Positions 25,571 through 33,741 of a stretch of DNA of 50,202 bases are shown here, piece by piece (position 1 is the stretch's first letter; each line of letters begins with the position of its first letter). Below the pieces are notes generated by a model. It worked only from the letters and a program-made list of their open reading frames with translations, ran no database searches and was not told the origin of the DNA. The stretch is from a virus. The translations under genes were made by a program, and so were the position numbers. Location of the stretch: positions 1 to 50,202 of IMG/VR virus record IMGVR_UViG_3300017613_000718. The stretch is one strand, 5' to 3'.

Positions 25571-26749
25571 TTATACCGTAGGCTCGCGTGGTGAGCGGGG
25601 TGGATAGTCGTCTCGGCTGGGTTGATCTAGGTCCAGGCCACGGCGCAGCTCGCCATTAGGAGTGCGCTCGAACTCGGACTCGTAGCGTAGGCCGTCACCT
25701 TGGATGCTGTCGATGTACGATCGTTGCCAGTTGATGGGCGATCGGCCATTCTCGGGCCAGGTAACTGGTATCTCCACAGGATTTGAGGCGAGTGAGACAT
25801 CATCGATGCGCCAGGTTGATGTGCCTCCTGTGCCTTGGAGACGGATAGTGAGCGCGCCTGTGCCGGATGCGAGGAATGAGAAGCCGAAGTGCTGCCACGT
25901 CAGGCGTGGGTCGGCGGAGGCGGTGTACAACTCTGTGGTCAAGTTAAAGACCGGGTCACGATCAATCCATTTGATCTGACCTGTTTCGTCTAACGTGACA
26001 GCACCTTTTGATTCTGTTCCTTCAAAGACTTCGAGCATGATCTTGCCGGTGCCGCTCACGAGATTAGCGAAGGCACTGGCGTAGACGCGGTCACCAGCTG
26101 AAGCTGTTTGGGAGGTGACCTGGGTGGCACGACCGGTCTGGCGAGTGAGCATGCAGTTGTCTACGTACCAGTCGTCCACGATGATCGGGATGAGGCTGGC
26201 TTGGCTCACGATGCGGATGCCGCCTGTGAGTGGAGCGCCAGCTGTGATCGTGTCGAATGAGAGCACTGTGGGATCTGAGATGTGCGCCCAGCCGGTGAAG
26301 TCATCGTGCGCGAGGGCACGTAGGAGGTTCCATACGCCTGTGCCGGGGTCGTAGTAGATCTGGCATTCGACGTTGATGGCGGCGTCTGAATTGGTGTAGC
26401 AGGAGAAGGTGTACGAGGTGTCTGAGTCCACTGAGAGGTATTGCCAAGTGTCGGATTCTTGGTTGCCGCCGAAGCCGTTGCGGGTGCGGAGACGGCAGGA
26501 GTAGTCGCCTTCGTAGACCTCGGTTGAGGACTGTTCACCGAAGCCGGTGTAGGTCCACACGTCGCCCAGTTCGTGTCCTGGGTCAAGTAGGAGGTTGGAG
26601 TCGTCTGCGGCTGCGATCTCTACGCTGGCGGCACCTGAGCGCATGGCGGACGTTATGAGCGTAGCGCCGGGATCTAAGGTCCAGGCTGCGACGGTCTCGA
26701 AGGAATTTTCGATGATGTATTGGCCATCGGGTGGGGTGAATATTGCCAT
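25571..26749 (-). CDS. fibre/receptor-binding protein with two CBM-like (galactose-binding-like) jelly-roll domains (392 aa)
   Basis: Two repeats end in IIVDDWYVDNCML and WRIDDVSLA, the typical last strand of CBM4/9-type modules. Confidence 0.5.
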   Translation of the reverse strand: MAIFTPPDGQYIIENSFETVAAWTLDPGATLITSAMRSGAASVEIAAADDSNLLLDPGHELGDVWTYTGFGEQSSTEVYEGDYSCRLRTRNGFGGNQESDTWQYLSVDSDTSYTFSCYTNSDAAINVECQIYYDPGTGVWNLLRALAHDDFTGWAHISDPTVLSFDTITAGAPLTGGIRIVSQASLIPIIVDDWYVDNCMLTRQTGRATQVTSQTASAGDRVYASAFANLVSGTGKIMLEVFEGTESKGAVTLDETGQIKWIDRDPVFNLTTELYTASADPRLTWQHFGFSFLASGTGALTIRLQGTGGTSTWRIDDVSLASNPVEIPVTWPENGRSPINWQRSYIDSIQGDGLRYESEFERTPNGELRRGLDLDQPSRDDYPPRSPREPTV

Positions 26750-26752
26750 GGA

Positions 26753-28420
26753 TCATGGCTCCGGTGGCTCGTATTCGGTGCGGATGGTGGTGATCTCGCG
26801 CCATTCTTCGTGGTCGAAGTCGTCGATGTCGTCTGAGAGGCGCAGGCGCTGGTCGCGGTCTTCGAGCATGGATGATTCGGGGTGGAGGGTGCCCATGATT
26901 TCGTCTACGAAGGCGCGGTCGTGGTTGCGGCGTTGTGGGCCGGGGGCGTTCTCGGCTAATGTGGTTGTGCTGGCGGTTTCAGAATCTACGTGTGACCAAT
27001 GACCGTTGATGAATAGCCAATGGGGGTCGTAGCCGTCGTAGGTGGGGTCACCGTCTGCAAAGTCACCATCTGTGCAACGTAAGATTTTAAGGACAGCAGT
27101 GACGTATCGGCCGTTGGCAGATGAAGTGATGTCGAGAAGCGCGAAAGAACCTGGCACGGAAATGGACCTACCATGCCAAAGCACCCGGTCACCGCCTACG
27201 CCGTTGCCGAATGCGCTTGAACCAAGACCGCCTGCAGTAACCTGAGCACGCATAGCCGTTTTGACCTCACGGAAATTGGGGCCAACGGGTACAGGTGGAC
27301 GGTTTACAGTCGTGTCGTCAATCTTACTGACTGCGCCTAATGTCCAGTCAAGACAGTATGAGTGATGGTCATCACCGGTAAACACAAGTAAGCTGTTCTT
27401 TTCGCTGTAGCCGTAATCGTGCGCGACTTTCAAAATGTCGTTCACTTCTGATTTGTAGTAAAGTGATGCGCTGTCGCGTGCGCCAACACCCGTTCCAAAC
27501 CCAGTAGCTATGGGGTCTTTTAGTGTGCCACCAAACGTAAGTACCACAAGCCCCCGATCGGCATAGGCGACGAATTGTGCTTTTAGCCACTCACGTTGAG
27601 CAGATCCGAAACAAGTGTGATTGGGGTTATTTGGGTACTCGTCACCTGACCAGTGGGGTACGTAGTCGGTGTCGTCAGATTCATCACGCTTGGTGATGCG
27701 TTGTGACCTGTCTTCTGGGATGATAAAGGGCACGTTGGCCACAGTGAAAGAGTACCCGTATGATGGCGATGCTGGTTGTGGTCGGTCACGCCAGATATGG
27801 TCAGCCACGGTTTCAGCGTCGTCTGGCATCGTGTCGTAGTCGCCCCAGTCGCTGCTTGAATTGTCACCACCGTAATCCCAATCGTCCCATTGGAAAGCTA
27901 CGGGGAGGCGTGCAAGACAGTCTTCAACATCCGAAGTCCCGAGAGTAGCAATCCAGTTGTTCACGCCGGATGCCGCTGTCGTTATGCCTGACCCAGAAGC
28001 GAAGTCACCGATTTGCAAGATGAAGCCTGGAATGCCGTCAGGCTCGTAGTTGGTTTCCCAGTAAGAGAGGATGTCCGTGAAGCCCACAAGATTACTCGCT
28101 TTACCGTGCTGGTCCGCGCATTCAAATACGACAAACCGTCCTGAAGCGGGCATGGTCCATGTTGAATTCGTAGAACGTTCTGCCGCGCCTTCCATGATGC
28201 GGTAGTCGTATTTGGTGCCTGGGGTCAAGCCTGACGCGGTAAGGACCACGGTGTTGGACTTGGTGCCGTCGATCGCTTGGGTGTCTTGCGTGACCCAAGT
28301 CGTGGTGCCGTCTTCACGAGTGTCGAGGATGTAGGTGCCTGTAGTGACTGCTTGGCACCAGAGCGTGAAGCCCGTTTGCGAAGGCGGGCCGAGACGTGGA
28401 CCGGTTAGGAGAAGTGGCAT
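26753..28420 (-). CDS. PhoD-like metallophosphatase with purple-acid-phosphatase-type N-terminal FN3 domain (555 aa)
   Basis: N-terminus GFTLW...LTASGLTPGTKYDYRI is PhoD_N-like. FVVFECADQHG, ILQIGDFASG, FQWDDWDYGGDN and VFTGDDHHSY correspond to the metallophosphoesterase/PhoD motif series. Confidence 0.7.
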   Translation of the reverse strand: MPLLLTGPRLGPPSQTGFTLWCQAVTTGTYILDTREDGTTTWVTQDTQAIDGTKSNTVVLTASGLTPGTKYDYRIMEGAAERSTNSTWTMPASGRFVVFECADQHGKASNLVGFTDILSYWETNYEPDGIPGFILQIGDFASGSGITTAASGVNNWIATLGTSDVEDCLARLPVAFQWDDWDYGGDNSSSDWGDYDTMPDDAETVADHIWRDRPQPASPSYGYSFTVANVPFIIPEDRSQRITKRDESDDTDYVPHWSGDEYPNNPNHTCFGSAQREWLKAQFVAYADRGLVVLTFGGTLKDPIATGFGTGVGARDSASLYYKSEVNDILKVAHDYGYSEKNSLLVFTGDDHHSYCLDWTLGAVSKIDDTTVNRPPVPVGPNFREVKTAMRAQVTAGGLGSSAFGNGVGGDRVLWHGRSISVPGSFALLDITSSANGRYVTAVLKILRCTDGDFADGDPTYDGYDPHWLFINGHWSHVDSETASTTTLAENAPGPQRRNHDRAFVDEIMGTLHPESSMLEDRDQRLRLSDDIDDFDHEEWREITTIRTEYEPPEP

Positions 28421-28519
28421 GGCGCACCCGCTACGCTCCCCAGCCCAACCTGTGGAGATACGCGCAAGAAGATAGCACCGAGTAGCGCGGCGGGTACATG
28501 TGAGCGGTTGAGCACAGGG

Positions 28520-29128
28520 TTAGTCGTTCGCGGAGTCAGCGTTGATGTGGCCGACTGGGTAGCCGTAGATTTGGATGCAGAGGTCGAGGACATCGTCCTC
28601 GCCGCCAGAGATCGCAGCAGGGCCGCATTTGAAATACCCTTCTGCAGGTGTGTACGGTCGAATGTTAGGCGTAGCCGCTTTAATGTCCCACCCGCCAGCC
28701 GCTGGGCTTTGGCCGGTTAGCGAACCAACAGCGCTGTCATAAGACCATGCCACCTCCACTGCGTCATACGTGCCGTCGTACACGGCCACGCCAGAAGGGT
28801 TGGTGTGGATGTCAATGGTAGTTGTAGCACCCGCGTTCAGCATTAATCGTCCAGCACCAACACCAAGACCGTCGTCAGTCGCCGCAGACAAAGTCGCGGC
28901 TGTACAGTCGAGTCGGCAATACCAACCAACAGCGACAACTCGCATGTCAAACGGGAACTGGAACGTGAAGGTCTTCTTCTTTGCTACGCTGGTCAATATG
29001 GCAGGCCCAAATGAAACAACCGTCAAAGCGCCTGCCACCGGTCCAGGATATGTTTGCCTACCACGCAATGACGCGGCAGCACGCCGGTCAGTACCCGCGA
29101 TACCAGAAGGGAACATTTTTCCTGACAT
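28520..29128 (-). CDS. structural-module paralog P3 (202 aa)
   Basis: Shares GPVAG, GATTT and the C-terminal GYPVGHINADSAND with P1 and P2. Confidence 0.6.
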   Translation of the reverse strand: MSGKMFPSGIAGTDRRAAASLRGRQTYPGPVAGALTVVSFGPAILTSVAKKKTFTFQFPFDMRVVAVGWYCRLDCTAATLSAATDDGLGVGAGRLMLNAGATTTIDIHTNPSGVAVYDGTYDAVEVAWSYDSAVGSLTGQSPAAGGWDIKAATPNIRPYTPAEGYFKCGPAAISGGEDDVLDLCIQIYGYPVGHINADSAND

Positions 29129-29137
29129 GGAACTCTC

Positions 29138-29629
29138 CTAATCGTATGCAGGATCGGTGTTGACATGGCCCCGACTGAAACCGACGACGTGGACGTTGTG
29201 CCCCTGACCCTCAATGGCACCATCAACAGCATCACAGGTCGCGGCTACAAACACCGCATCACCACGAGTGACTTCACGGGCTGCTGCAACAAGAGTAGTA
29301 GTGCCACCCGATGCAGCCTCAGCATAGCCTTCCGGGGCCACATCCAACGCAACAGTTGCAGCAAGCAGCGCGGTGCCTGTAGCAACCGTAAACCCTGCGC
29401 TGTTTGAATAAAAGTCGAGGTCCGCGTCAGCCGTGATGGACTCGTCGCCTCCGCTCCATTGGATACGCTCAATGCGAAAGTCACATGGCGCACGGAAGCC
29501 CCAAACTATCAAGTCAGCGTCCGCGATAGCAGCCAGGATTGAACTCCCACTGAACACCATGTACGTCCCAGCAACAGGTCCACCTAGATTGGTACGTCCT
29601 GCGTATAGATGAGGCGGCAATGTAGGCAT
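29138..29629 (-). CDS. structural-module paralog P2 (163 aa)
   Basis: The start was moved to ATG 29629, which forms an ATGA overlap with the P1 stop. MPTLPPHLYAGRTNLGGPVAGTYM...WGFRAPCDFRI...SGGTTT...GHVNTDPAYD aligns along its whole length with P1. Confidence 0.65.
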   Translation of the reverse strand: MPTLPPHLYAGRTNLGGPVAGTYMVFSGSSILAAIADADLIVWGFRAPCDFRIERIQWSGGDESITADADLDFYSNSAGFTVATGTALLAATVALDVAPEGYAEAASGGTTTLVAAAREVTRGDAVFVAATCDAVDGAIEGQGHNVHVVGFSRGHVNTDPAYD

Positions 29630-30108
29630 CAGTCGTACTCCGGGTTGGCGTTGATGTGTCCGGTAGCGTAGCCGGTGACATCCCAATTAAGGTTGGCCAC
29701 CGCGCCGGGCACGTCATCGCTGGTGTAGTGCATGAACACGCACCGGCCTTTCGCGATGTCACGAGCTGCTTCAGGAATAGTGGTTGTTCCACCAGACTCG
29801 GCACGGGCGTAGCCGGTCTCGTTCACGTCAATAGCGATAGCGGCTGCCAAGAGGTCGGTGTCGCTCGTGGCGCTGAACGTGGCGTTATGTGCGAACATGA
29901 TGTCCACGTTAGCGGTAGCCGCCGTAGGACAGACCCAAGAAATCTCAGTGATGCGAATGTCACATGGCGCGACGAAACCCCAAATGATCACACCAGCCAC
30001 TTCGGCTGCGCTGGTGTAAGGCCCACCATGCCACGTCATGTAACCACCGATAGCAGGCCCAGTTACGGTTGCCCGACCTATGCCAATATGGTCAGGAAGT
30101 ACAGGCAT
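29629..30108 (-). CDS. structural-module paralog P1 (159 aa)
   Basis: MPVLPDHIGIGRATVTGPAIGGYM...WGFVAPCDIRI...SGGTTT...GHINANPEYD. SD aaaggag. Confidence 0.7.
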   Translation of the reverse strand: MPVLPDHIGIGRATVTGPAIGGYMTWHGGPYTSAAEVAGVIIWGFVAPCDIRITEISWVCPTAATANVDIMFAHNATFSATSDTDLLAAAIAIDVNETGYARAESGGTTTIPEAARDIAKGRCVFMHYTSDDVPGAVANLNWDVTGYATGHINANPEYD

Positions 30109-30131
30109 GCGGTGCTCCTTTGAGGTACGAG

Positions 30132-30155
30132 GGAAGGGGCGGTGAGGCCCCCTCC
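30132..30155 (-). other. GC-rich hairpin between the decoration gene and P1 (9-bp stem, 6-nt loop on the minus-strand RNA)
   Basis: Minus-strand RNA GGAGGGGGC-CUCACC-GCCCCUUCC. No U-tract follows. Confidence 0.5.
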
Positions 30156-30170
30156 TTCGTGGGTTACGGA

Positions 30171-30722
30171 CTACGTGTCAGTGTCGTGCGACGGGAAGAA
30201 GACACTGTTGGTGAACACGAAGATCATGCGCGGATTGTCAGCCGCTACGGTGCCCGCCAAGTGGTCAGTGTCCTGTGTGGTGTTGGCCTGCTTTGCCCAA
30301 CCGAGAGTGAGGCAGATGCCCAAGTCGAGGTCGTTGAGGTTGATGCAGCAGATGCCGTCATCGTCCTCAATGGTGCCAAAGTTGATGCCGATGTGCGTAG
30401 CGAACACACCCGACGCGATGTCAGTGGCCTCGTTGATGAGGTCACCTTCAAACATGGCACCAGGAAGTGCGAGTGCGACACTAACCCGTTCGTTGTTTGC
30501 TGCGGTGTGCATCGCGACACCGATGAGGCCGACAGCCGAACCGCCAACGGCAGTCGCAAACGGTGTGTCAGTGTTACTGACGATCACGTCGCCAGAAGAG
30601 AACTCCACAAGGTCACCGAGAGTAATGGCACCCCCGGCCAAGAACTCGAAGAGTGGGACGGAAGCTGTTCCACCAGCGCCGCCACGGGGTTTCATGGGCT
30701 GAGTTTTAAGTAGTGTAGCCAT
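30171..30722 (-). CDS. putative capsid decoration protein (DUF2190-like N-terminus, 183 aa)
   Basis: Lies immediately downstream of the major capsid gene. AGGAITLGDLVEFSSGDV...LIGVAMHTAANNERVSVAL resembles the DUF2190 pattern. Confidence 0.45.
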   Translation of the reverse strand: MATLLKTQPMKPRGGAGGTASVPLFEFLAGGAITLGDLVEFSSGDVIVSNTDTPFATAVGGSAVGLIGVAMHTAANNERVSVALALPGAMFEGDLINEATDIASGVFATHIGINFGTIEDDDGICCINLNDLDLGICLTLGWAKQANTTQDTDHLAGTVAADNPRMIFVFTNSVFFPSHDTDT

Positions 30723-30736
30723 TTCTCACCCCCTCC

Positions 30737-31669
30737 TTATGACGGTGCCGAGCCGTACATCCCCAGCCAGTTGACGGGGGCTACGACGTAGCGCATGGTG
30801 CCGACGAAGACGGCGATAGTAGAACGGCGGTCGTCGAAGCTGTCGAGCTTCGGGCGACGACGCCACAGGAAGACCATCTTGTGCTTCGTGCCTTGGATGA
30901 TCCAGTCGTCCGCGTCGGTCATGTATGGGGTGACCTCGACGGTCGTCGCGTTTTGGGAGACGTTCTCGACACGGTTGGCCGTGTCTGGGCGATTGGAAGA
31001 ACCAACCACCTCTTCAGCCGAGTAGCGCTGATCAGGTCCGACGATGATACGAGCGGGCTTAGAGTACGCCGGAATGCGCAGGCCACGGTCGTTCACCCAT
31101 TTCTCGAACTGGATCAGGGCGTTACGGTAAGAGGTCATGTTGAGATCAACGTCGGTGCTGGGGCGATTGGCCTGAGCTGCAGCTTCACCACCGCTTACGG
31201 GTACGTGCGAGGTGGCGAAGAGACCTTCCGTGACGGTAGGTAAAACGAGCCAGGACGCGCCGTCAAAACCCTCAGCCCCGAAAGGCTTGTGGGCATCGAC
31301 TTCTACGCGTTCTGCGAGACCGTCACTGAGGCCAGTGGCGGCGTCACGCAGTGCTGAACCGTTTCCTGCATACAAGTCGTCTTCCCAGGCTTCTGCGGTG
31401 ACCTCGAAACCGAGGCCGTAGGTGCCGTGGGTGAACGTCTTGGTGTCACCTTCGAGCGCGTCGTATGACGTGATCGGCAGTCCTTCAGGCTTTGAGGCAG
31501 CCATCGGTAGCCCGGAGGCGTACAGATATTCCTCGGCTTTGCGCTCTGATGTCTCGACGTTGTAGAACTTCGAGTAGTACGTCATGCGCTCGACGAGGTT
31601 GGTGCCAATGATCTCCCTTAGCCCTGGCGTCAAGTGCTCAGCAACCGAGCCTGACATTGTGGGCGGCAT
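30737..31669 (-). CDS. major capsid protein (HK97-fold type, 310 aa)
   Basis: It follows the scaffold gene. FYNVETSERKAEEY...GLP...EG...FTHGTYGLGFEVTAEAWEDDLY is typical of Mu gpT-type/HK97-like coat proteins. Strong SD aggaggg. Confidence 0.75.
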   Translation of the reverse strand: MPPTMSGSVAEHLTPGLREIIGTNLVERMTYYSKFYNVETSERKAEEYLYASGLPMAASKPEGLPITSYDALEGDTKTFTHGTYGLGFEVTAEAWEDDLYAGNGSALRDAATGLSDGLAERVEVDAHKPFGAEGFDGASWLVLPTVTEGLFATSHVPVSGGEAAAQANRPSTDVDLNMTSYRNALIQFEKWVNDRGLRIPAYSKPARIIVGPDQRYSAEEVVGSSNRPDTANRVENVSQNATTVEVTPYMTDADDWIIQGTKHKMVFLWRRRPKLDSFDDRRSTIAVFVGTMRYVVAPVNWLGMYGSAPS

Positions 31670-31701
31670 TTAAGACCCTCCTATCTGTTGGCTGCTCGGC
31701 G

Positions 31702-32256
31702 TCAGGCCGGGGCAGCAGGTGATTTTTTCCCGCCACTGGTCTTGGTCTTGGCCGGTGGCTGTGCTGTGGACATAAACGGCTTCCCATCACGGGTAGCGTG
31801 AGTCTTTCGGTCTTCGATTTCGCCTTCTTCGCGGATGAACGGACGTGCGATTCGAGGAGGCACGTTGTCTTGGAACTGGGCGTAGAAGGCTTCGTCAGCG
31901 TCCTTGGTGCGGTTTGCGGCTTTGTAGAGCATCTCGTCATCGCGGCGTTCGCGCTCGTGCATCGGGAGCCAGGCGAGTACGAGGTCACCATAGACGATGC
32001 GGTTGCGTGCGCGATCGATGTAGGCTTCGTTGAGGCCGAGTTCCCCGCAGATCTTTTCGGTGTCCTGGACGGTTGCACCTTGGGTGATTTCGTAGCCGGG
32101 ATTCTCGCCGTAGGCACGGAGGTGCATGGCCATGTTCTGTTGGTCGGAGCTGTTGATCCAACGGAAATGCTTGTCGTGGTAGACAGTGCGTTTCTTTTTG
32201 AGCGACCAGTTCGGTAGCTCAAGCGCGTCTCTTTCTCCACTTGGTTGGTAGGGCAC
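31702..32256 (-). CDS. hypothetical head-module protein (184 aa)
   Basis: Track ORF. Chosen over the overlapping 200-aa S/T/P/R-rich frame at 31638..32240. Confidence 0.6.
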   Translation of the reverse strand: MPYQPSGERDALELPNWSLKKKRTVYHDKHFRWINSSDQQNMAMHLRAYGENPGYEITQGATVQDTEKICGELGLNEAYIDRARNRIVYGDLVLAWLPMHERERRDDEMLYKAANRTKDADEAFYAQFQDNVPPRIARPFIREEGEIEDRKTHATRDGKPFMSTAQPPAKTKTSGGKKSPAAPA

Positions 32257-32259
32257 GGA

Positions 32260-32433
32260 TCACGCTCCTTTCGGTTTCGTGAATTTGGGCGGCTTTATGT
32301 GTTTGGTGGGTTTGGTGGGCGCAGGCTTCGGCTTGGCCATGAGCGCCAGGTAATCGGCTTCGATCTTCTTCAGGCGGTCGTACTCTTTGATCTCGATGAC
32401 CGTCTGATGGGTGAGGACTCTTACGCGTGGCAT
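32260..32433 (-). CDS. small Lys/Pro-rich protein (57 aa; below the track cut-off)
   Basis: Hand translation: MPRVRVLTHQTVIEIKEYDRLKKIEADYLALMAKPKPAPTKPTKHIKPPKFTKPKGA. Confidence 0.45.
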   Translation of the reverse strand: MPRVRVLTHQTVIEIKEYDRLKKIEADYLALMAKPKPAPTKPTKHIKPPKFTKPKGA

Positions 32434-32442
32434 GAAGGCTCC

Positions 32443-32613
32443 TTACGAGAGTTTGATGTTGTGGAGGGGGCGGCGATCGTCGCGCTCACGACGTGCGGCT
32501 TCAGGGTTGGTCGTCTTGGTGTCCGATTCAGGTTTGACCTGACGCTGTGGAACCTTGACGACAGCCTGCTCGTTACGCATCTTGTCGATCTTGTAGCGTT
32601 GTGCGCGGTCCAT
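32443..32613 (-). CDS. small basic protein (56 aa; below the track cut-off)
   Basis: Hand translation: MDRAQRYKIDKMRNEQAVVKVPQRQVKPESDTKTTNPEAARRERDDRRPLHNIKLS. Its ATG overlaps the scaffold stop by 1 nt (TAATG). Confidence 0.45.
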   Translation of the reverse strand: MDRAQRYKIDKMRNEQAVVKVPQRQVKPESDTKTTNPEAARRERDDRRPLHNIKLS

Positions 32614-33431
32614 TAGAACTGCCCCGGTTTGATGCGCTGCGACGGGTCGTCAGGGTCGATCTCAGGAAGGATGGGCACGCCGCCTTTCTTGCGGTCGTGT
32701 TTCGTCTCACAGACTTCCTTCGAGGCAGCAAAGTTCTTTGGGGTGATGCGAAGTGCTTTGGCGGCGATCAGGTCGTCAGTGCCCAAACCGTGCGTGTCAG
32801 CACCGGGGCCACCTTGGTGTGCGCCGGGAGCATTGATGGGAGCGCCCCAAGCTTCCTTTTCCTTGGCTACTTGGGCATCGACTTTGGCAGAGACCTCAGC
32901 TGCGATGATCTCGTCGTGGTGCCGCATGCGGATGTTGCCGATTGCGGTCTCCCAAGCGTTGACATTCATGCGCTTGGTGACGGGCATGCTGGCGACTTCG
33001 GCCTCGATCTCGGAGCCGTAGGCGTCGAACATGTCTTTGTTCTCGGAACGGGCGACTCGCCGGGCCATGTCCATGCCGCCGATTAGAAGTTCGTTCTCTT
33101 CCATGGGGGCCTGGTTGCGGCGTCGTAGTTCGGCGTCGATCTCGGCTTTTCGCTTGTCGAGACGCGCTTGAGAGGCACCGTAGTCACCGGTCTCGCTGTC
33201 CTTTTGGTGCTGTTCGTATGCGGCAGCAAGTTCAGCTTCAGCGTCGAACGGAGCGTCGGCAGGTGGTGCGACGGGCGTCTTGCCCTGGGCGGCCAGGCCC
33301 TCTTTGATGCTGTCGGCTACCAGCTTGATGTCTTCGACGGTGGCCGGGCGCGGAGTGTCGTCGGTGCCCTTGGCGTCAGAGTCGGCTTGCTGATCAGCGG
33401 CTTGTTGAGTTTTCGGGTCGTCGTCTGGCAT
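32613..33431 (-). CDS. scaffolding protein (272 aa)
   Basis: Acidic, Ala/Glu/Lys-rich and helical. It lies between the portal and capsid genes. Confidence 0.6.
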   Translation of the reverse strand: MPDDDPKTQQAADQQADSDAKGTDDTPRPATVEDIKLVADSIKEGLAAQGKTPVAPPADAPFDAEAELAAAYEQHQKDSETGDYGASQARLDKRKAEIDAELRRRNQAPMEENELLIGGMDMARRVARSENKDMFDAYGSEIEAEVASMPVTKRMNVNAWETAIGNIRMRHHDEIIAAEVSAKVDAQVAKEKEAWGAPINAPGAHQGGPGADTHGLGTDDLIAAKALRITPKNFAASKEVCETKHDRKKGGVPILPEIDPDDPSQRIKPGQF

Positions 33432-33741
33432 TTCGTCTCCTTCTTGCGCTTTGGCCGTCGCCTAGTATCTCCTGAGCACGGTTAATTAGGTGCTCTAATA
33501 CCATCTTAGCATGTTCATAGGCGTCTTCGCGGCCAATGGCGTGGCATTTGGCTGTTTCTAGGGATTTCCAGTCGTGTTTGGCATTGCAGTCGCGGACGAT
33601 CAGGCGATCGACGTATTCGAGCCAGGCACGCTCGAAGGGGGTGTTCTTGAGGGCCTCGGCCTGTTCACGGACCGCGATCCATTCGTCGTCGGAGAGGTTT
33701 GTGGCGGGGTTCACGATGCCTTCGATCGTGGCGTGGCCCAT
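33394..33741 (-). CDS. hypothetical head-module protein with Arg-rich tail (115 aa)
   Basis: Track ORF that overlaps both neighbouring genes. Confidence 0.5.
   Translation of the reverse strand: MGHATIEGIVNPATNLSDDEWIAVREQAEALKNTPFERAWLEYVDRLIVRDCNAKHDWKSLETAKCHAIGREDAYEHAKMVLEHLINRAQEILGDGQSARRRRNARRRPENSTSR

Noticed and set aside
31638-32240. A 200-aa alternative frame overlapping the 184-aa head-module gene.
   Set aside because: It is a S/T/P/R-rich low-complexity product and runs into the major capsid gene start. The 184-aa frame has normal composition and ends before the capsid SD.
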